This document shows positions 47,598 through 55,827 of a stretch of DNA of 59,109 bases, piece by piece; position 1 is the stretch's first letter; each line of letters opens with the position of its first letter. The translations under genes were made by a program, and so were the position numbers. Where the stretch lies: NCBI GenBank assembly GCA_024408495.1, contig JAKSUY010000003.1:1-59109 (forward strand), written 5' to 3'. The DNA is from Bacilli bacterium. GTDB taxonomy: Bacteria > Bacillota_I > Bacilli_A > RFN20 > CAG-826. The notes under the pieces were generated by a model, which saw nothing but the letters and a program-made list of their open reading frames with translations, did not search any database and was not told the DNA's origin.

Positions 47598-50016
47598 GAT
47601 GTTTCCTTTTCTTTGTTATCTTCGTAAATAAATAGCCAATTAAGAAATATAACGGGACTAACACAATAAAGATTATTAACCCTAATAGAGCAGTGGATGT
47701 ATTAATAGCTTGGTAATTAATATCTAGAATGACAATCGGAGTAAAAGCATCGATGACAAACAATATTGACATCAATGCCACTGTTCCAATCAAAACAATA
47801 GAACGATATTTATTAAGCGGCATACAAACGTGAAGTAAAATTACAATGCTCATGACCGACATCATAATAACCGCCATCGCTTTAATTCCGGCCGGAGGGA
47901 ACGCTCCTTCATTAATGTAAGAAGCAGCTAAAATCGCTAACGATAAAATAATTTGAGTAATAGCCCCTGGAATGGCTTCTTCGATGATGTTTCGAATAAA
48001 ATTCCCTTTAATTCTTTCTTTGTTGGGTTCAAGTGCGATAAAGAACGGAGCAATGCCAATCGTTAACACTTCCCATGCCAAAAGATTACTAGTAGAAAAT
48101 GGATATTCTTGTTGTGGCAAACAAAGGAATATTGTAGACATTATCATCGCAAATATTGTTTTAACTAGGAATATAGAGCAAACACGCTGTAAATTATTAA
48201 TTACCCTTCTTCCTTGTTCTACCACCTCGGGTAAACTCGAAAAATTTGAATCAAGTGATACTAAATGAGAAACTGCTTTAACCGCATCTGATCCGCTAGC
48301 CATCGCAATGGAACAATCCGCCGATTTAAGAGCCAATAAATCGTTAACACCATCACCAATCATTGCAACAGTGTTGCCCATTTCTCTTAATTCAGAAATT
48401 ATCATTTTCTTTTGATCAGGGGTAACACGTGCAAAAATCGTACATTTATGAACAGCTTTTCTTACTTCTTTTTCATTTAATCCTTCTAGCGAAATAGCAT
48501 CACTATATCCTTCTATGCCAACACGCGCCGCAATCGTTTTAAGGGATTCAACACTATCGCCAGAAATTAAACGAACACTCGCATCATTTTCCTTAAACCA
48601 ATCGATGTTCTTTTTAGCATCAGGCTTAATATTTTCGCTAAAAGTGATAATACCAATCGCATGCATTTTGCTTGGCATTTTATTATCTTTAATATCACCT
48701 TTACCTTCGGCGATTAATAAAACGCGATAGCCAAGACGTTCATAGTGTTCAACTTTATTTTTAATTTGTTTACTATTATCGATTTTTAGAAAACCAAAAG
48801 CGCCTAATGCATAGGTGGTCTTCTTAAAACTAGCCGCACTAAATTTCTTCGCGCTTTCAAATGGAATTGAACTATATTCATCTTTAATTACGCAAGTAGA
48901 ATATTTAGCCTTTAGTGCTTTAGCGGTTAAATTATCATCTTTAGTCACAAATAAAATATACCCAATCACCTTCTTTAAATAATCTATCGAACAATTAGAA
49001 CAAGATATTAAATTATCCACTTTCATATTGCCATCGGTTAAAGTTCCGGTTTTATCAAGACATACAACATTAACCCTTGCAAGCATTTCAATTGAATATA
49101 ATTCTCTAACTAACATCCTTCTTCTTGATAAGAGAATAACTCCAACCGTTAGAGTAATAGATGTCATTAAATACATTCCAATTGGAATCATCGCTACTAC
49201 AGAAGATCCGATTAAATCAACGCACTTAACAAAACTACTACCAAGCAGAGGATAAGAAATCATTTCTGCTACTCCAATCGCAATTGCAATAATAGAAATA
49301 GCGCGAATGATATAAGTAAGCGAAGTTAAAATTTGACTTTTAGGACGAGAGAACGCTCTAGCTTTTTCTTGTAAACGAGAAGCATAATTCGCACTACCAA
49401 TTTTATCTACACGTGCATAAGCATAACCAGAAGTGACTGCGCTTTCCGCGTATATTGTCGCGCCTTTATACTTTAAGACATCGTCCATCTCACCCGATAG
49501 AAGCGATTCGTTTACTCTAACCGAGCCGTGCAATATCGTTGCATCACAAGGAATTGTATCCCCAGCTTTAATTCTAATAACATCAGTTAATACTATTTCA
49601 TTGAACGGAATTTCCCTTTCTTCACCATCTCTAATGACTGTGGTGCGAGGGCTAGAAACTAAAGAAAGCCTGCTAATTAAAACACGAGCTTTAATATCTT
49701 GGAATAAACTGATTCCAATATTAATTATTAAAATACCTAGGAAGAATAAACGAGTAATGGTTCTACCTTCAAACGCAACAAGATAAATCATGAACCCTGC
49801 TACGATAAAAAGTAGAATGTTTAAAATTGAAAAAACGTTTTTAAAGATAATTTCAAAATAACTTTTGGTGACTGTTTTTTTAGGACGATTAACTAAATTA
49901 TCCTCAATTCTTTGTTTAACTTGCTCATTAGAAAGACCTTTATCGTAAGTAACTTCATAGAAAGTTGCTTCTTTGATATCGCTAACGATTTTATTGGCTT
50001 TTCTATGTAGTGACAT
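47590..50016 (-). CDS. P-type cation-transporting ATPase
   Basis: DKTGTLT, ESLLSGE, ISGD, FARVTP.QK, GDGVND. Confidence 0.92.
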   Translation of the reverse strand: MSLHRKANKIVSDIKEATFYEVTYDKGLSNEQVKQRIEDNLVNRPKKTVTKSYFEIIFKNVFSILNILLFIVAGFMIYLVAFEGRTITRLFFLGILIINIGISLFQDIKARVLISRLSLVSSPRTTVIRDGEEREIPFNEIVLTDVIRIKAGDTIPCDATILHGSVRVNESLLSGEMDDVLKYKGATIYAESAVTSGYAYARVDKIGSANYASRLQEKARAFSRPKSQILTSLTYIIRAISIIAIAIGVAEMISYPLLGSSFVKCVDLIGSSVVAMIPIGMYLMTSITLTVGVILLSRRRMLVRELYSIEMLARVNVVCLDKTGTLTDGNMKVDNLISCSNCSIDYLKKVIGYILFVTKDDNLTAKALKAKYSTCVIKDEYSSIPFESAKKFSAASFKKTTYALGAFGFLKIDNSKQIKNKVEHYERLGYRVLLIAEGKGDIKDNKMPSKMHAIGIITFSENIKPDAKKNIDWFKENDASVRLISGDSVESLKTIAARVGIEGYSDAISLEGLNEKEVRKAVHKCTIFARVTPDQKKMIISELREMGNTVAMIGDGVNDLLALKSADCSIAMASGSDAVKAVSHLVSLDSNFSSLPEVVEQGRRVINNLQRVCSIFLVKTIFAMIMSTIFLCLPQQEYPFSTSNLLAWEVLTIGIAPFFIALEPNKERIKGNFIRNIIEEAIPGAITQIILSLAILAASYINEGAFPPAGIKAMAVIMMSVMSIVILLHVCMPLNKYRSIVLIGTVALMSILFVIDAFTPIVILDINYQAINTSTALLGLIIFIVLVPLYFLIGYLFTKITKKRKHHE

Positions 50017-50017
50017 A

Positions 50018-52921
50018 TTACTCCGTTCTTAACGCAACTACTGGATCTTTATTAGCAGCCTTTCTTGCTGGGATAAAACCAGATACAAAAGTTAATAGGA
50101 TTGAAATAATAACTAGGATAACCGCATGCCATGGACTAAGGTTACAAATCATACCTATTCGTTGTTCAGGGAATTGTGCATTAATAATTAAACTAATTGG
50201 CCATTCAACGATGAAGGTAAATAATACACCTGCTAGTCCAGCAATACCTCCAATAATCACTGACTCAGCTTCAAATAGTCGTCCTACATCTTTCTTACGT
50301 GCGCCAATTGCACGTAGTATACCTATTTCTTTAGTGCGCTCTAACACGGACGTATATGTAATTACACCAGTCATAACACAGGACACTAATAACGAAACAG
50401 AAGAGAATACAATTAAAACAACAGAAATAATTTCAATCATTGTTCCTAAAGCATCAGTAAGGCTACCTGCTAAATCAGCGTATATTATTTTGGCCGATTC
50501 TGTTTTATCAGTGTTATAAGCATCTAAGTATTTAAAAATTTCGTTTTTAGCGGATAAACTTTTTGGGAATACTAATACTGAAGTAATGGTTGAATAACCG
50601 CTACAATAAGCAGTAAGGTCTTGGAATTCACCATACGATTCTGCTTTAGGAATGAACAATTTACCTTCCATGCCAATTTTAGAAAAATCGATTTCATCGA
50701 ATGAAATGGACTTATTGTCAAACTCACTAGCAAAACGATAATTGCTTCTGCTGTAATTTTTACTAAAGTTTGCGGTTGCAATATCTGGCAAATCCGTAAA
50801 CTGCGTTTTATCTTTCACGTTATAAACGTTTGCGAATAAACTATAGAATTTAAAATATTTTTGAGTATCTAGAAGCGATGTAAGTAAGTTAGTATTAGCA
50901 GCTTGATAAGCGTAATTTATTCCTTCTAATAAACTAACAACTGCTTTGGGGAATCTATACTTTTCATCTATATCTGTTGCAGCTTGCACATCAATGTAGT
51001 AATTATTTTTTGCAACGTTGTTATATTCGTCATATTGTTCTTTTAAATCGTTTACATAGTGATTTTTTAAAGAAGCGGGGTAGCAAATGCTCCCAGGCAT
51101 TAAATTGATTAATGTGTTTCTTTTAGGACGAATAATACCAGAAACTCTTATTTGAATCGGCTTATATTTTTCATTGTTAAAAAGTCTTTTTCTAGCGTCT
51201 GCTACATCTTTATTATTTTCTTGCGCAATATTTCCGTAAAGGGTAATGGATTTCTCAGAATATGGAGTGGACTGTACAAACCATGGGAGGTTCAACGTTT
51301 CTTCACCTGGAATCGATAAAGATTTGATAAAATCCGAACGCTCAGTGTAAGGAATTTCAATTTCGGTTTTTTGTCCTTCTACATTGCCTACGAAATCAAT
51401 AAGATCATTCGGCTCAAATGCCTTATATCTATATTCACCTTCTTTATCGATAATATCGCTAAAACTAATTGTTTCGCCTTCTTTAGCTTTATCGGTGTCA
51501 GAAAGTCCTAGCGCATACAAAGTTGACATTGGAACGCGATTATAACGATCACAAACTAAACATACATCGACTGTTCTATCATCTAAATTCAAATCTTTAG
51601 GATATGTTCCTTCAACAACGTCATAAAGAGATTCAATATAATCTCTACCACCATAAAGTTCGTGGAAAATAGTTGATGGTAAATTAGTAACTCCGGATAA
51701 TATAGAACCACCAGCGCCTGCCGCTTTAAATTGATCTACTTTAATTACTTCGCCATTATCTCTCTTTGCAAAAATATTAAAATCTAAATATTCATGATTC
51801 TCAAGAACGCTGCTTGCATAATTGCTCGGTGCCTTAAGTAAACCTTTCGCATAATCAGAATATTCTTTTGTTAAATGGTTACGATGAATAATTACCAATT
51901 GACTAAGGTCTTCATCATAAGGTTTAATTTCTTTTTCGCTCGGCCAAGGATTTGGTAAATCAATTTGTTGAACTTGTGTGGTAACAAATGGAGATATGGT
52001 AATAGGTACACTGCTAGCGGTTTCAGCTTCTACTCGATTTACATAACCCTGGAATCCGTTAGACATCGCTAACACAAGAGCAACACCGATAATACCAAAC
52101 GAAGCGGCTACTGCTGTCATTATGGTTCTACCTTTCTTAGTTGCTAAACTCTTCGCGGAACTCCCTAGTGCGGTTAAAAAAGACATATGAGTATGTTTAT
52201 TCTTTTCTTGCTCTAATTCCTTAATTTCTTTTTTACTAACACCTCTTAAAGGGCTTGTGTCGCTTACCACCAAACCATCTTTTAAACGAATAATTCTAGT
52301 AGAATATTTCTTCGCAAGTTCATCGTTATGGGTAACCATGATTACTAAACGATCTTTAGCGACTTCTTTTAAAATCTCCATGACCTGAACGCTAGTGACA
52401 CTATCAAGCGCACCAGTCGGTTCATCTGCTAAAACAATTTCAGGATTATTAACTAAAGAACGAGCAATGGCCACTCTTTGCATCTGACCGCCGGATAATT
52501 GATTTGGTTTTTTCTTAAGGGCATCTTTTAGGCCAACTCGCTTAAGTGCTAAAGCAGCTTTTCTTTGTCTTTCTTTCTTGCTCATACCGGTTAAGGTCAT
52601 TGATAGCTCAACATTACCTAGCACTGTAAGATGAGGAACTAAATTATAAGTTTGAAAAACAAAACCAACACGCTTATTACGATATGCATCCCAATCGCGA
52701 TCAGTAAACTTTTTAGTGGATTTGTTGTTAATAATCAAATCGCCAGATGTATATTGATCTAAACCGCCAATTAAATTTAATAGTGTCGTCTTGCCACATC
52801 CTGACGGACCTAAAATCGAAACAAAACCTTTATCAGGAAAAGATAGATTAATGTTTTTAAGCGCAGGAAAATGCTGTTTATCAACGACATAAGTTTTTTT
52901 AATGTCTTTTAATTTAAGCAT
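50018..52921 (-). CDS. MacB-like fused ABC ATPase/FtsX-type permease
   Basis: GPSGCGKT, LSGGQMQR, ADEPTGALD; C-terminal SVLERTKEIGILRAIGA and DPVVALR. Confidence 0.92.
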   Translation of the reverse strand: MLKLKDIKKTYVVDKQHFPALKNINLSFPDKGFVSILGPSGCGKTTLLNLIGGLDQYTSGDLIINNKSTKKFTDRDWDAYRNKRVGFVFQTYNLVPHLTVLGNVELSMTLTGMSKKERQRKAALALKRVGLKDALKKKPNQLSGGQMQRVAIARSLVNNPEIVLADEPTGALDSVTSVQVMEILKEVAKDRLVIMVTHNDELAKKYSTRIIRLKDGLVVSDTSPLRGVSKKEIKELEQEKNKHTHMSFLTALGSSAKSLATKKGRTIMTAVAASFGIIGVALVLAMSNGFQGYVNRVEAETASSVPITISPFVTTQVQQIDLPNPWPSEKEIKPYDEDLSQLVIIHRNHLTKEYSDYAKGLLKAPSNYASSVLENHEYLDFNIFAKRDNGEVIKVDQFKAAGAGGSILSGVTNLPSTIFHELYGGRDYIESLYDVVEGTYPKDLNLDDRTVDVCLVCDRYNRVPMSTLYALGLSDTDKAKEGETISFSDIIDKEGEYRYKAFEPNDLIDFVGNVEGQKTEIEIPYTERSDFIKSLSIPGEETLNLPWFVQSTPYSEKSITLYGNIAQENNKDVADARKRLFNNEKYKPIQIRVSGIIRPKRNTLINLMPGSICYPASLKNHYVNDLKEQYDEYNNVAKNNYYIDVQAATDIDEKYRFPKAVVSLLEGINYAYQAANTNLLTSLLDTQKYFKFYSLFANVYNVKDKTQFTDLPDIATANFSKNYSRSNYRFASEFDNKSISFDEIDFSKIGMEGKLFIPKAESYGEFQDLTAYCSGYSTITSVLVFPKSLSAKNEIFKYLDAYNTDKTESAKIIYADLAGSLTDALGTMIEIISVVLIVFSSVSLLVSCVMTGVITYTSVLERTKEIGILRAIGARKKDVGRLFEAESVIIGGIAGLAGVLFTFIVEWPISLIINAQFPEQRIGMICNLSPWHAVILVIISILLTFVSGFIPARKAANKDPVVALRTE

Positions 52922-52945
52922 CTATTTAGCTCCTTAATAAGAAAA

Positions 52946-52964
52946 ACAATTTATTCTAAATTGT
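52946..52964. promoter_or_regulatory. Candidate operator (inverted repeat) upstream of the ABC-ATPase-TetR operon
   Basis: ACAATTTA-TTC-TAAATTGT between the TTGACT-containing promoter region and the SD. Confidence 0.4.
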
Positions 52965-53001
52965 ATAACTATATTAGTTTATTAATAAATTAAGTCAAAT
53001 A

Positions 53002-53451
53002 TTATTTTCGTTTTTCTTGAAAGAATTTTTGTAATATTTGTTTAGCGTCTTTAGCTAAAACGTTATTAGTCACTAACGGTGGTTTATTAATGCTTTTTTG
53101 TTTATAGAGTTTGATACCATTTTTAATTGCTCCGTTATTTTTATCATCAAGAGCATAGACTAAACGTTTAATTCTAGCTTGAGAAATAGCGCTAGCGCAC
53201 ATAGCACACGGCTCAAGCGTTACATAAAGAGTTGTATCTAATAAACGCCAATTATTTAATTTCTTGCTAGCTTTCTTAATTACTAATATTTCAGCATGGG
53301 CGGTTGCATCTAATTTACTTTCTTTTAAATTATGCGCTTTAGCGATAATTTTGTTATCTTTAACTAAAACAGCACCAATCGGGACTTCACCTTCTTTTGC
53401 TGCTTTCTTCGCCTCTTCTAAGGCTATTTTCATAAATTTAATATCGTTCAT
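53002..53451 (-). CDS. tadA: tRNA adenosine(34) deaminase
   Basis: EVPIGA, HAE, LYVTLEPCAMC, FF; start moved to ATG 53451 because the upstream part lies in SRP RNA. Confidence 0.92.
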   Translation of the reverse strand: MNDIKFMKIALEEAKKAAKEGEVPIGAVLVKDNKIIAKAHNLKESKLDATAHAEILVIKKASKKLNNWRLLDTTLYVTLEPCAMCASAISQARIKRLVYALDDKNNGAIKNGIKLYKQKSINKPPLVTNNVLAKDAKQILQKFFQEKRK

Positions 53452-53460
53452 AAATTTAAA

Positions 53461-53540
53461 ACCGCCATACATTAAGAGGTCTATTTATGGCTGCTATATT
53501 TCTATCCTGACCAGGTTCATAGTTCTTAATTATGACGGTG
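53461..53540 (-). ncRNA. ffs: Small bacterial SRP RNA (4.5S-type)
   Basis: Minus strand UGGUCAGG-AUA-GAAA-UAU-AGCAGCCA domain-IV motif; terminal helix ACCGUCAUA/UAUGGCGGU; TATAAT just upstream; serS/tadA neighbourhood as in Bacillus. Confidence 0.9.
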
Positions 53541-53555
53541 TTATTATAATATCAT

Positions 53556-54830
53556 TTATTTCTTTTTTGGGGTAAGTTTGCTTTTTCCGCCCATAAACGG
53601 GCGAAGGACTTCTGGAATAATTACACTTCCATCTTCTTGTTGAAATTGCTCTAAAATAGCTGGGAATAAACGAGAGGTCGCTAAGCCTGAAGCATTAAGT
53701 GTATGGCAATAATGAGTTTTGCCGTCTTTATCTTTATATCTGGCCATAGTACGGCGTGCTTGATAGCTACGAGCGTTAGATGCGCTACTAACTTCTTTAT
53801 AAATGCCGATACTTGGTAAATATACTTCGATATCGGTAGTTCTGGCCATTGAGTGTGAACAATCCGCAGCCGCTAATTTAGATAATCTAAAATGTAAACC
53901 CAATCTTTCTACTAAGCCGCTTGCGACATTAATCATTTCTTCAAACGCTTTGTCACTACCTTCTTCGGTCGTGTATTGAACAATTTCTACTTTGTTAAAT
54001 TGATAACCACGAATCATACCTCTTTCTTCCGTGCGATAACTACCAGCCTCTTGGCGGTAACACGGAGTGTAGGCAAAATATTTTCTTGGTAAATCACTTT
54101 CTTTTAATATTTCATTACGATGATAATTTACTAATGCGGTTTCAGCGGTTGGAAGTAAGAATTTATTATTGCCTTCTACGTGGAAAACCGCATTCTTAAA
54201 TTTTGGGAATTGACCTGCGCCAAAACCACTCTCTTCGTTTAACATGTGAGGTGGGAGAATGAAGTGATAACCGTTCTTTAAATGAGTAGAAATAAAATAG
54301 TTAATTAACGCCCACTCAAGTTCGGCACCTTCATCGGTATAAATCCATGTACCTTCACCGCTAATTTTAGCCGCACGATCATAGTCAACTAATCCTAATG
54401 ATTTAGCAAGCTCAACATGATCTTTAATTTTAAAATTAAAATTAGGCTTTTGATTAACTTCTTTAATGACTTTATTATTTTCTTTTCCCCCGGGAAGTAA
54501 GTCATCATCGGGTAAATTTGGTAATTCAGCGACAATATCAAAGATCTCTTTTTCAACTTTTTTAAGTTCAATTTCTCCTTCTTTATTTTTGCTCGCTAGC
54601 TCTTTAACTTTAGCAAAAATTTCTTTAGGATCTTTACCTTCTTTTTTATATTGAGGAACTTGCGCGGATAATTTATTTTGTTCAGCTTTATTAGCTTCCG
54701 TTTGCTTAATTAATTCTTTCCGTTTTTTATCAAGCTCAATGACCTTGTTTGGATCAAAATCCCAAAGCTTTTTCGCAAGAGCCTTTTTGACCTCTTCAGG
54801 TTTTTCAATAATTAGCTTTACATCAATCAT
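53556..54830 (-). CDS. serS: Serine-tRNA ligase
   Basis: GQFPKF, LPTAE, R.EAGS, QFNKVE, EVSSAS, HTLNASGLA. Confidence 0.97.
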   Translation of the reverse strand: MIDVKLIIEKPEEVKKALAKKLWDFDPNKVIELDKKRKELIKQTEANKAEQNKLSAQVPQYKKEGKDPKEIFAKVKELASKNKEGEIELKKVEKEIFDIVAELPNLPDDDLLPGGKENNKVIKEVNQKPNFNFKIKDHVELAKSLGLVDYDRAAKISGEGTWIYTDEGAELEWALINYFISTHLKNGYHFILPPHMLNEESGFGAGQFPKFKNAVFHVEGNNKFLLPTAETALVNYHRNEILKESDLPRKYFAYTPCYRQEAGSYRTEERGMIRGYQFNKVEIVQYTTEEGSDKAFEEMINVASGLVERLGLHFRLSKLAAADCSHSMARTTDIEVYLPSIGIYKEVSSASNARSYQARRTMARYKDKDGKTHYCHTLNASGLATSRLFPAILEQFQQEDGSVIIPEVLRPFMGGKSKLTPKKK

Positions 54831-55825
54831 AATTGTTTCTCCTTCAATAAATTACGATAAATATTTAATAAACGTTTTCCTGTTTTTTCTAATGAATATT
54901 CTTGTGCTTCTTTATACGCTCTTTCGGTAGTCTTTTTTAATTTACCTTTTACTAATAAATCAATCGTATCCACTAATTCATTAATACCTTTTTTAGCGTA
55001 ACAATTAACACCATCTTTAAGATAACAATCACCTTTCATATTTTTAAGATATGCAACTACTTGGGTGTTAGCAGCCATCGCTTCATGAACATTAGTAGCA
55101 TCCGCTTTAAAGTCGTTTAATACTAATAACATTTTCGCCTTCATTAATGTCGCGCGATATGTGTCATCATCAACTAAAGTTGATAATACTACATTGTCGG
55201 GAGTAAGCTTAATGTATTTTCCCGCTAATATAAGTGAGTAATTGGCACCTAGAAAATAGAATTTAACGAATGGAGCGAGCTCGGTTACTTCTAAGAAATT
55301 ATCCATATCTTTTTTATTCAAATAATCTCCTATGCAAAGCACATAAGGTTGCTCTTTTCTCTTTCTAAAATAACGTTTTACTAATTCAGACTGCTTTTTC
55401 TCGCTCATTTTAAATCTAGCTAATTTAACAGGCGCAGGAAATACTTTAATCTTACTTAAAACCCCTTCCTTCTCTAAGAACGTTTTACTAATCTCGCTAG
55501 GCACTAGAACTAGATCCGCTTCGTTTAAACATTTTCTAGCATTATCTTTTAATTTACGTTTTTCTTTACGCGGTTCCGCTAACATTGATTCGCGTTCGTT
55601 CTCGCAGTATAGCGCAGACATTACAACTGGAATATGATCTCTTTTTAAATCTTTAATTTTGCTTAAATCAGGGAAGTTTAAAAAATGAGCAACATCAAAA
55701 TCATCGAATGGATCGCGCGTATATTGAGTTTTAACTAGTTCTAAGCTACCCTTGATTGATTTTATTAAGCATTCTTCTTCACGTGCTCTATGCTTATGAG
55801 TAGCCGCATAGATAAGTGCTTTCAT
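54827..55825 (-). CDS. GT-B (family 4-like) glycosyltransferase, divergent
   Basis: ADLVLVPS, HEAMAA..VV, L.DGVN, YSLE patterns. Confidence 0.65.
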   Translation of the reverse strand: MKALIYAATHKHRAREEECLIKSIKGSLELVKTQYTRDPFDDFDVAHFLNFPDLSKIKDLKRDHIPVVMSALYCENERESMLAEPRKEKRKLKDNARKCLNEADLVLVPSEISKTFLEKEGVLSKIKVFPAPVKLARFKMSEKKQSELVKRYFRKRKEQPYVLCIGDYLNKKDMDNFLEVTELAPFVKFYFLGANYSLILAGKYIKLTPDNVVLSTLVDDDTYRATLMKAKMLLVLNDFKADATNVHEAMAANTQVVAYLKNMKGDCYLKDGVNCYAKKGINELVDTIDLLVKGKLKKTTERAYKEAQEYSLEKTGKRLLNIYRNLLKEKQL

Positions 55826-55827
55826 GA

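Noticed and set aside
50010-50519. 169-aa plus-strand ORF and similar antisense ORFs in the track (e.g. 420-692, 32716-32961, 49433-49786, 58171-58512)
   Set aside because: They lie antisense to, or out of frame within, well-supported genes, lack SDs and motifs, and look like codon-bias shadows.
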